Source of the DNA: an uncultured delta proteobacterium | GTDB lineage: Bacteria > Myxococcota_A > Polyangia > Polyangiales > Polyangiaceae | Length of the DNA: 64,000 nucleotides | Direction of reading: 5' to 3' | Assembly: GCA_963782055.1 (NCBI GenBank) | Contig: CAWAIF010000003.1 | Coordinates: forward strand, 6,880,001 to 6,944,000 | In this document: in pieces, positions 25,156 through 32,839 of the stretch | Layout: each line of letters begins with the position of its first letter | Numbering within the stretch: position 1 is the stretch's first letter | The notes under the pieces: model-generated | Databases searched by the model: none | What the model was told of the DNA's origin: nothing | Seen by the model: only the letters and a program-made list of their open reading frames with translations | Position numbers and translations under genes: made by a program

Positions 25156-25673
25156 GCGCCGCGAAGATGTTCGCGTACGGTGGCAGCGGGACATCGTCCA
25201 GCGTCCTGGAGTCCGGCACGGGTGCACCTACCCGTCCCCGGGGTTCGCTCGGGACGACGGTGGACCTTTCTGGGACGGCGAGGCAGGTCGAACGGGCGAG
25301 CGAGATCCTGGCGGCCGAGGAGAGCGCGCTCGGCCGGATCAAGGAGCTCGTCGGACAGACCGCCTCACGTGACTGGGACGGCGAGGGAGGGGAGCCGATC
25401 GAGCCGCGCCAGTGGGACGACGCGAGGGCGCTCGTGTCCCGTGCAGTCCGTGAGCTCCTCGGGCTCCCCCCGCCGTTCGTCAGCGCGTGCGGAGACGGCA
25501 CTGTGCACCTCCAGTGGACGACCCCGCACGGCGACCGTGGCATCATCGAGATCGGACGCGACGCGTACTGGTGGGACTACCTTCCGGCTCCGGATCGCGG
25601 AGAGCAGGACGAGGTGCTCGCACTCTCGAGCCCGGACCCGGCCTTCGAGAAGGTCCGCGCGCTCTTCGGTTGA
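25152..25673 (+). CDS. Hypothetical protein (DWDGEGGEP motif)
   Basis: Coupled to the previous gene (TTGA); WDG..G..GDG.VHLQW. Confidence 0.7.
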   Translation: MSAAKMFAYGGSGTSSSVLESGTGAPTRPRGSLGTTVDLSGTARQVERASEILAAEESALGRIKELVGQTASRDWDGEGGEPIEPRQWDDARALVSRAVRELLGLPPPFVSACGDGTVHLQWTTPHGDRGIIEIGRDAYWWDYLPAPDRGEQDEVLALSSPDPAFEKVRALFG

Positions 25674-25675
25674 CG

Positions 25676-26098
25676 ATGCCCGGAGACCGGCCGGACGTCA
25701 CCGAGCTCGAGGTCGCTCCGGACGACTCCATCCTGTTCCGGTTCGTGCAGCCGACTCACATCGACGCCAAGGCGCCGCCCGGCGCCCGGCTACAGACCGC
25801 CGCGCTTCCCACGAACGAGTTCACGCCCAACGAGCACGGCTACGGAGCGTCCGTGTACGTGAAGTCGCTGCTCGCCAACGGGCTTCGCGATCTCCACGAA
25901 GCGTGCCCCAAGTGGTGCGACTGGCGCGTCGCAGAAGTCCCGGTGCGGGAAATGCTCGAACTCGGCGTGGGGGTCCGCCTCTCGCCGCAAGACTGTCCGT
26001 TCGAGGCCATCCGCCACGCACACGCGTCCCTCATTGGCGTGACGAGGCAGAAGCGGAACCTCCTCATCCGCATCATCGAGCGGCGCCTGCTCCCCTGA
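25676..26098 (+). CDS. Small hypothetical protein, possible ADP-ribosyltransferase/RES-like fold
   Basis: LFR..GASVY..HAHASL pattern; operonic. Confidence 0.6.
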   Translation: MPGDRPDVTELEVAPDDSILFRFVQPTHIDAKAPPGARLQTAALPTNEFTPNEHGYGASVYVKSLLANGLRDLHEACPKWCDWRVAEVPVREMLELGVGVRLSPQDCPFEAIRHAHASLIGVTRQKRNLLIRIIERRLLP

Positions 26099-26271
26099 CG
26101 GAACGGATCACGCGTGCCATGCGCGAGGCGCTACGGATCCAGCGCGACTTCCGCGCGAACCTCGGCCATCCCCGGGGGAGGTCTCCACGCCGCGCCAGGC
26201 ATCGAGCTCCGCGATGCCCTCGTCGAGCGCGTCGCGCAGCGCCGAGCGCTTCTTCTCCTCGAGCACGAGCC

Positions 26272-27909
26272 CTACCGGTTCTTCTTGCGCGCCTTGCGCG
26301 CCGCCTTGCGCTTGTCCTTCTTCGCGCGCGCCGCCTTCGGCGCGGCCGACGGCGCCCGCCCGAGCGGAGGCGTCCCGATCGAGAGCGGCCTCTCCTGCAG
26401 GTCTCGCATCCAGGCCTCGATGCCCTCCTTCGTCTCGACGTCGAAGCCCGCGGCGCGCCCCGCCTGCACCACCGACTTCGCCGTTCCGAAGTTGCGCGGG
26501 TCGGAGAGCGCGGCCTCGAGCTTCTCCACCGCGTCGCCGCCGAGCACGCGCAGGCACGCGTCCGCCTGCGGCAGCCCGAACTCGCGCTTCAGGAAGGCGT
26601 AAAACGCCCGGTTCGTCTCGATGATCGCGCGCGCCTCGGCGGCGGCGATGGTCACCTTGGCCGGGAGGATCTCGAAGAGGAGCTCCCGCAGCTCCGCCGC
26701 CTGGAGGGTCGCGACGCTGGCGCCCATGAAGCTCGCCGCGAGATCGATCACGTAGTGGCAGTCGTCGACGTGCGTCAGCGCCGCGCCCTCGGGGGACTCC
26801 GCGAAGCGGCGCACCAGCTCCTCCTCCAGCTCGGTCTCCTCGTCCGGGTCCACGTCTTCTCCGGCGCTCGCGAGCTCGGTCAGGCGGCCGAGCACGTCGT
26901 AGGGTGGCCGGTAGCGCCCGGTGTCGTCGTACGGCGCGCCCACCGTGACCTCCACCTCCCCGGCGTGCGTCTGGACCCGGAGCGTGCGCCGGAAGCCGGC
27001 GCCCGCGCGCCACGCGTCGCGCACCGCGCGGCGGTCCGCCAGCGCCTCCGGCAGCGCCAGCGCGATCGCCTCGGCGAGGGTCAGCTCCTTCGCCTTCGGC
27101 GGCCGCCCGACCATGTCCTCGTCGACCACGACGACCCAGGGATAGGCGTCGGCGCCGGCGACCTCCCAGCCGTGCTCGGCGATCTCCTTGCGCAGCGCGT
27201 CCGGCAGCTCGGCGCCTCGCTGGAAGTTGATGGCGAAGTGCGCCGGCAGCTCCGGCTCCTCGCCGGCCTCCACGTCCGCGGCCGCCTCGAGGAACCTCTC
27301 GAGGTCATCGAGCCCGGAGAAGAGCAGGACCGCGCGGCTCTCGCCGAGCTGGCCGATCACGATCATCGCCGCGTCGCGCAGGCCCAGGCTCTCGATCGTC
27401 ACCGAGAGCACGCTCTCGTCGTCGGGCACGGCCTCCCAGGGCCGCGCGCGGAAGAGGCCGGCGGCGGCGCGAAAGAAGGACGCCACCGCCGCGGGGCCGA
27501 TGTCCGGCGCCAGGTACGACGGCTCCGCCCCCGTCCCGTGCTCGCCCATGTGCTCGCGCATCGAGCCGAGCATGCCGTCGACCTCCGGTGTCGGGGCGCA
27601 GACGAGCTCCACCGCGGGGGGCAGCGCCTCCCGCAGGGCGCGCGCGAGCTCCGGCGAGGCCACGCGGACGCGCGCGGGGGTGTGGGGACGTCCGACCGCC
27701 GGGTGAAGCGTCGTGCGGTGGAAGCTCGCGGCGGCGCCGGCGAGGATCTCGCCCGGCTTCGCGGTGTCGAAGCCCAGCACCGGACCGTCGGGGAGCATCC
27801 ACACCAGCAGCTCGGGCCGGTAGGGCTCGCCCTCGCCGGTGACGTACGCCGGCATCCGTCCCACCCCGCACACCCACTCGGTGCCCTTCGATCGTGCGCT
27901 CTTCTTCAT
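26272..27909 (-). CDS. Hypothetical protein with basic C-terminal tail
   Basis: 545-aa ORF, GGAG RBS; FRARPWE motif; KKDKRKAARKARKKNR end. Confidence 0.8.
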   Translation of the reverse strand: MKKSARSKGTEWVCGVGRMPAYVTGEGEPYRPELLVWMLPDGPVLGFDTAKPGEILAGAAASFHRTTLHPAVGRPHTPARVRVASPELARALREALPPAVELVCAPTPEVDGMLGSMREHMGEHGTGAEPSYLAPDIGPAAVASFFRAAAGLFRARPWEAVPDDESVLSVTIESLGLRDAAMIVIGQLGESRAVLLFSGLDDLERFLEAAADVEAGEEPELPAHFAINFQRGAELPDALRKEIAEHGWEVAGADAYPWVVVVDEDMVGRPPKAKELTLAEAIALALPEALADRRAVRDAWRAGAGFRRTLRVQTHAGEVEVTVGAPYDDTGRYRPPYDVLGRLTELASAGEDVDPDEETELEEELVRRFAESPEGAALTHVDDCHYVIDLAASFMGASVATLQAAELRELLFEILPAKVTIAAAEARAIIETNRAFYAFLKREFGLPQADACLRVLGGDAVEKLEAALSDPRNFGTAKSVVQAGRAAGFDVETKEGIEAWMRDLQERPLSIGTPPLGRAPSAAPKAARAKKDKRKAARKARKKNR

Positions 27910-27999
27910 GGCTGCTCCAGGGCGTGGAGCATAGCCCCGTTCGGGCCGCGATCATCGCGCCGTTCTTCCCCGCGCAGGCGAGGAAGAAGGGCTCGCTCG

Positions 28000-28707
28000 C
28001 TAGCGTTCGCCGTCGCCGTGCTTCGCCAGAAGCGCGCGCAGCCGGGCCACCTCCTCGAGCGCCTTCTCCTTCTCGGCGCGTTCCGCCTCCTTCGCGGCGC
28101 GCTCCGCCTCCTCCGGCGTGGGGACGAGCACGCCATCCCGCGCGAGGCGCAGCGCAGCCGGCTCGCCTCTACCCGGAGCGATCACCCACGCGGCGCCCAG
28201 CGCGAGGCACGGCGTGGTGCCGCCGGAGACTTCGCGCTCGACCAGATCGCCCTCGATGCGATCCCACGCGCGGATGCGGAGCTCGTCCGCGTCGAAGCAC
28301 ACCACCTCCCTCGTGCCGAGGGCGCGGTAGCGCTCCAGCTTCTGCTCGAGGGGGATCGCCTCGCGCGTGTCGCTCGGACTGAGGATCTCCACGCACAGCT
28401 CCGGCGTGCCACGCTCCCACGTCTTCCACGATGGGAAGCTGTCCTGCGAAGCGCCACGCTTGACGAAGCCGTCGGGCGCGAGGCAGCGGCGAGGATCGCT
28501 CGCGTCGAAGTAGACGAACTGATCGGACCCGACCGTGTCCGCCTGCGTGACGGCGGCGCGAAGGATGGCGTGAAGGAGCTCACAGAGATCCAGATGGCGC
28601 AGCGACTGACCCAAGGCCCACTCCTCCCTCGTGGACGGGAAGTCCACCGGCCGGACCGGGCGGAGGTGGCGGATGGAGGAGGTCTGCGGCTTGGTCACCG
28701 CGCTCAT
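28000..28707 (-). CDS. Uma2 family endonuclease, copy 4
   Basis: Paralogue of copy 1. Confidence 0.9.
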   Translation of the reverse strand: MSAVTKPQTSSIRHLRPVRPVDFPSTREEWALGQSLRHLDLCELLHAILRAAVTQADTVGSDQFVYFDASDPRRCLAPDGFVKRGASQDSFPSWKTWERGTPELCVEILSPSDTREAIPLEQKLERYRALGTREVVCFDADELRIRAWDRIEGDLVEREVSGGTTPCLALGAAWVIAPGRGEPAALRLARDGVLVPTPEEAERAAKEAERAEKEKALEEVARLRALLAKHGDGER

Positions 28708-28866
28708 GGTAACGCCTCACCGCCGGGTGCGCCGCGCCGGGTTTGCATGGCGGGGAGCAGAGCAGCGCGCGTGCCGGCGAGAGCGTGCGCTATTTCTCGG
28801 GCGAGGACACGCGCGCGGGCTGTCCGCGGACACCCCCGAGGGACAGGGCGACGACCTGGCGACAGG
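28704..28866 (-). promoter_or_regulatory. Uma2 leader with sigma54 box 28761..28776 and palindrome 28821..28832
   Basis: CGGCACGCGCGCTGCT; TGTCC-GC-GGACA. Confidence 0.7.
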
Positions 28867-28893
28867 CCACGCCGACGCCGACAATCCGAGGTG

Positions 28894-29493
28894 TCACGGA
28901 TCGCACTCCGTCAGCGTCGGACCGCCGTAGAGGCTCGGGTACGAGCGACACCGGGGGCCCTGGTAGACGACGTCGTCCGCGTCGCCGAGCATCGCCGCCG
29001 CCGTCTGCCGCGCGGCCGCCACGTCGGCGCGATGTTCGGCGGCGCGCCGGTCCTCGATCGCAATCTCGGTGCGGGCAGCGTGATCGAGCACGGCGGCATC
29101 ATGCGAGTCGAGCAGCGCCAGCTCGTAGACCCTCGGGGCCTCGCAGCGCCGAGGGTTCGCGTCGCACGCGAGCCTGACGGCGCTCCAGTCCGCGGCGAAG
29201 TAGCGCCTCGTCAACCACGCGTCGAGCGCGCGGGCGTACAGCCTCTCGCAGCGATCGCGGTCGATGCCCGCGCACTTCTTCTCCCGGAACATGGTGCGGA
29301 AGCGCGCGGTCGACGCGTATTCGAGGAGCAGGCCGCAACCCGGCCGGAGGCCGCCATCACGACACGTCGGGGAGATGACCCGATGCGCGGCGTCGGAGCG
29401 CACGCCGGCGATCTCCGTGTCGGCGCGATCGTCGATGGCCGCGGCGTTGCAGCCCGCGCAGGCCAGCGGTACCAGCAGGAGCCCCCATCGCAT
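28894..29493 (-). CDS. Hypothetical lipoprotein (cargo)
   Basis: MRWGLLLVPLACAGC signal. Confidence 0.75.
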   Translation of the reverse strand: MRWGLLLVPLACAGCNAAAIDDRADTEIAGVRSDAAHRVISPTCRDGGLRPGCGLLLEYASTARFRTMFREKKCAGIDRDRCERLYARALDAWLTRRYFAADWSAVRLACDANPRRCEAPRVYELALLDSHDAAVLDHAARTEIAIEDRRAAEHRADVAAARQTAAAMLGDADDVVYQGPRCRSYPSLYGGPTLTECDP

Positions 29494-29555
29494 GACTGAG
29501 GGATAGCACGCGGCTCGTGTGCGGCCACGGCTGGCCGCGCGCGGCCCTGGAGCGA

Positions 29556-30302
29556 CTACGTTCCCCCGCCGCGCTCCGCGAGCAGGGCGCGCAGCCGGGC
29601 CACCTCCTCGAGCGCCTTCTCCTTCTCGGCGCGCTCCGCCTCCTTCGCGGCGCGCTCCGCCTCCTTCGCGGCGCGCTCCGCCTCCTTCGCCGCGCGCTCC
29701 GCCTCCTCCGGCGTGGGGACGAGCACGCCATCCCGCGCGAGGCGCAGCGCAGCCGGCTCGCCTCTACCCGGAGCGATCACCCACGCGGCGCCCAGCGCGA
29801 GGCACGGCGTGGTGCCGCCCGAGACTTCGCGCTCCACCAGATCGCCCTCGATGCGGTCCCACGCGCGGATGCGGAGCTCGTCCGCGTCGAAGCACACCAC
29901 CTCCCGCGCGCCGAGGGCGCGGTAGCGCTCCAGCTTCTCCTCGAGGGGGATCGCCTCGCGCGTGTCGCTCGGACTGAGGATCTCCACGCACAGCTCCGGC
30001 GTGCCACGCTCCCACGTCTTCCACGATGGAAAGGTGTCCTGCGGCGTGCCCCGCTTCACGAACCCGTCCGGCGCGAGGCACCGGCGCGGATCGCCCGCGT
30101 CGAAGTAGACGAACTGATCGGACCCGACCGTGTCCGCCTGCGTGACGGCGGCGCGAAGGATGGCGTGAAGGAGCTCACAGAGATCCAGATGGCGCAGCGA
30201 CTGACCCAAGGCCCACTCCTCCCTCGTGGACGGGAAGTCCACCGGCCGGACCGGGCGGAGGTGGCGGATGGAGGAGGCCTGAGGCTTGGTCACCGCGCTC
30301 AT
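29556..30302 (-). CDS. Uma2 family endonuclease, copy 5 (expanded heptad tail)
   Basis: Paralogue with (EAERAAK)x3 + EAERAEK. Confidence 0.9.
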   Translation of the reverse strand: MSAVTKPQASSIRHLRPVRPVDFPSTREEWALGQSLRHLDLCELLHAILRAAVTQADTVGSDQFVYFDAGDPRRCLAPDGFVKRGTPQDTFPSWKTWERGTPELCVEILSPSDTREAIPLEEKLERYRALGAREVVCFDADELRIRAWDRIEGDLVEREVSGGTTPCLALGAAWVIAPGRGEPAALRLARDGVLVPTPEEAERAAKEAERAAKEAERAAKEAERAEKEKALEEVARLRALLAERGGGT

Positions 30303-30450
30303 GGTAACGCCTCGCCGCCGGATGCGCCGCGCCGGGTTTGCATGGCGGGGAGCAGAGCAGCGCGCGTGCCAGCGAGGGCGCGCGGGAATTCTCGGGTGCG
30401 CGCGCGGCGCGGGGTGTCCGGGGACAGGCAAGCCGGACAGTCAGGACACC
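30299..30450 (-). promoter_or_regulatory. Uma2 leader with sigma54 box 30356..30371 and palindrome 30415..30426
   Basis: TGGCACGCGCGCTGCT; TGTCC-GG-GGACA; GGACA repeats. Confidence 0.75.
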
Positions 30451-30577
30451 TCGAAGGCTCCGAGGACGTCACCGAGCGCGTGCGCGCCCGGTGAGCATGC
30501 CGGTCAGTCCGGCCGGGCGCCATGTGGCGTGTTGGCGAGACGAAGTGCCGCTGGACCGGCAGACCGCCGACGCTGTC

Positions 30578-30865
30578 TCACCGGACGTTCTGCTCGACCC
30601 GCCACTCGTCCCACAGGGCGAGCGCCGCACCGAGGAGCGCGCCGTACTCTGCGGAGGAGGGCCCGCCGGCGGCTTCCTGAAGGGGCCCGCGGGCCGCGTC
30701 GACCACGTCGAGCAGCCGCCTCTGGTCCTGCGCGTCCGCGTTGAAGATCTGGAGCGTGCGCTCGCGGCCATCGTAGTCGCCGACGAGCCGCTCCGAGGGA
30801 ATCCATCGCACGGGGCGACCGCCGACGAGCCGAGAGACCACGAAAGGGATCTGCTCGCGGTTCAT
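30578..30865 (-). CDS. HEPN partner, a deletion-fusion of the homologues of 54647..55012 and 54196..54645
   Basis: N-terminus matches MNREHVPFFVSRLV..; C-terminus AALALWDEWR matches AALRLWDEWR. Confidence 0.75.
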   Translation of the reverse strand: MNREQIPFVVSRLVGGRPVRWIPSERLVGDYDGRERTLQIFNADAQDQRRLLDVVDAARGPLQEAAGGPSSAEYGALLGAALALWDEWRVEQNVR

Positions 30866-31203
30866 CCGAGGAGTCCTCCCACCAGCTTTTCTGCCAGCGA
30901 AGCCGCCCTGTCGGCCTCCTCGGGCTCCACGGGTTCGTCGTGGTAGTCAGCCTTCAACCGCATCCCGTAGAGCTCCTTCAAGTCCTTGCGACCTTCTTCA
31001 TCAAGGATACCGATTCTCGCCGCGTCGTCCGGCAGCAGATCGTGTCGGTAGTACTGCTTGTCGGAGGTGAACTCGAGGTGGCGAGCCTGCGCGACGTGCG
31101 CGACCGCGTGGTAGGCCGCGTAGTACGCGCGGTTGGCGGCGGCGTTGGCGAGACAGGGTCGGACGCCGTCGTCGTCCGGGAGCAGCCGACCGCGGCGCGT
31201 CAA
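30862..31203 (-). CDS. HEPN domain protein, N-terminally shortened paralogue of 55012..55395
   Basis: ANRAYYAAYHA..R.KADY. Confidence 0.75.
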   Translation of the reverse strand: MTRRGRLLPDDDGVRPCLANAAANRAYYAAYHAVAHVAQARHLEFTSDKQYYRHDLLPDDAARIGILDEEGRKDLKELYGMRLKADYHDEPVEPEEADRAASLAEKLVGGLLG

Positions 31204-31212
31204 TCATCGCAG

Positions 31213-31307
31213 AGCAGAATGCATGCCGGGCGCGGGGACCGTGATTTCCCGCGCGAGGACGACGCCCGAGGTGTCCGGGGACAGCCGCCACCTGTCCCGG
31301 GGACACC
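31213..31307 (-). promoter_or_regulatory. sigma54 box (31213..31228) and two TGTCC..GGACA palindromes upstream of the HEPN gene
   Basis: CGGCATGCATTCTGCT; TGTCC-GG-GGACA at 31272, TGTCCC-G-GGGACA at 31293. Confidence 0.7.
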
Positions 31308-31487
31308 CGGCGTCGCAGGTCTCCCGCTCCGCGACCCGGGCACCGCGAGTGGTGCCGCTCGATCAGCCGCGCTGCTGCGCGTCCCACACGCATGCCGCCT
31401 TGACCCGCGCGCTCTCCACGAAGTGCGCCTCGAGGCGGATGCCGAGCTGCCCGGCGAGACGAGCGCGCGGCGGGAGCGTGACGCCCT

Positions 31488-31895
31488 TCAGATGCCACAT
31501 CCCCAGGACGGACCTCCGCCGTCGACGTTGGGATCGGACTGGCACCAACAAGATTGCGGTGTGCCTTCGTAGAAGCGATTGCAGTACGTCAGGTTCACGT
31601 AACAGCCGACCGGGAACGTCTCGCCAACTCCCGCGTCGTCTTCGAAGAAGCCCCCCACCGAGACGGAACACCTCGGCGCGTCGGCGGCAGCGTCCGTGGG
31701 GCAGATGAACTGGTTGTGCGCGGGCGCGCAGCACTTCGGGTCGGTGGTCGACGGGACCCATGCGTCGGAGCCCGCGAACTTCGGGTCGTCGGGGAACCCC
31801 GTGCACGTCCGCGGGTTGGCGTTCTCGGCGATCTGCCCGCACGACACGATCGCCAGCAGCGCGACCGCGCAACCCCAGGCATCCACGTTCGACAT
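31488..31895 (-). CDS. Cys-rich lipoprotein
   Basis: GGAGG RBS; AVALLAIVSCG signal. Confidence 0.75.
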   Translation of the reverse strand: MSNVDAWGCAVALLAIVSCGQIAENANPRTCTGFPDDPKFAGSDAWVPSTTDPKCCAPAHNQFICPTDAAADAPRCSVSVGGFFEDDAGVGETFPVGCYVNLTYCNRFYEGTPQSCWCQSDPNVDGGGPSWGCGI

Positions 31896-31980
31896 GAGGC
31901 GCCTCCGTAAGTTGCGTGGGAAGTGGGCGGGGGTCAAGGGACCGGTGAGCACGACGCGTGCCATCGCCACGGTGACGCGA

Positions 31981-32057
31981 TTGCTGGCCGCGCTGGACCA
32001 CGGGAGGTCGCGCGACCGCCACGCGATTCATACCGCCGTCGGCCAACTGAAGAGGCG
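31981..32057 (+). repeat. Degenerate copy of the response-regulator 3' region (~35890..35966)
   Basis: LLAALDHGRSRDRHAIHTAVGQLKR vs LLAALDHGRSHDHHAIHAAVGRLKR. Confidence 0.8.
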
Positions 32058-32200
32058 CCGTGCACTCCGCATGCCGCCGTGCTCATGTGCAGCGCCGGAT
32101 TCGCGCGGCCGCCGGTGCTGCGAGAGTCGACCGGTGGTCCTTCCGGCTGCGCCGCGGCCCGCCCGGCCTGCTGCGCGTGACCGACCGCTTATCGAGAGAC

Positions 32201-32839
32201 TCATCTCTTCTTCTGCAGGGCGTCGACGCGGGTGCGGAGGGCGTCAATCTCCTTCTGCTGCTGCTGCACGGTTGCAAGAAGCATGCTGGTGTAGCCGTAC
32301 TCGTCGACGTGCGTGCGGTCGGCCTGCACCGCCGGACTCGGATCAGGCTGGTCGTCGATGATGAATCCCAGGTGGCGCCTGGCGCTGGCGGGCTCCGCCT
32401 TGTAGCGATACTCCGCGAGGCGCGTCCGGAGGGCCTGCTGGGCAAGCGCCTCGCGCTCCTGGTCGTCGACATAGTCGATGTCGGTCTTGAACGCCCGACG
32501 GGAGATATAGCCCCCGCCGCTGCACTTGCTCGCGAGATCGCACTCACACTTGACGGTGGGTCCTCCGCAGCAGCAAACCTGGCCCGACGTGCACCACGGG
32601 CTGCACCCGGGCGCGCTGGGAGGCTGGCACGGCGGTGTTGCAGCGTCATCGACCTCGGACGCCGGAATCGAGCCGCGAACCCAATCACAGTAGTAGGCCT
32701 CACCGTCGCCCCCTGCGCCGCCGTCCGCGGAAGCTCCCCCCCCATCGGTCCCGTCTCTGCCTCCCCCCGGCGCTATCTTCCCGCACGCGGTAAAGAGCCC
32801 GATGAGGAGGACGATGACAGGACGTGAGGAGCGGCTCAT
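32201..32839 (-). CDS. Lipoprotein with C-terminal peptidase S74 / intramolecular chaperone domain
   Basis: Lipobox LFTAC; SRRAFKTDI..YRYK..LGFI..coiled coil. Confidence 0.8.
   Translation of the reverse strand: MSRSSRPVIVLLIGLFTACGKIAPGGGRDGTDGGGASADGGAGGDGEAYYCDWVRGSIPASEVDDAATPPCQPPSAPGCSPWCTSGQVCCCGGPTVKCECDLASKCSGGGYISRRAFKTDIDYVDDQEREALAQQALRTRLAEYRYKAEPASARRHLGFIIDDQPDPSPAVQADRTHVDEYGYTSMLLATVQQQQKEIDALRTRVDALQKKR

Noticed and set aside
15725..30450. CRISPR array or integron attC array
   Set aside because: The repeats are whole genes with promoters and kb-scale spacing; no cas genes, no intI and no attC core-site structure were seen
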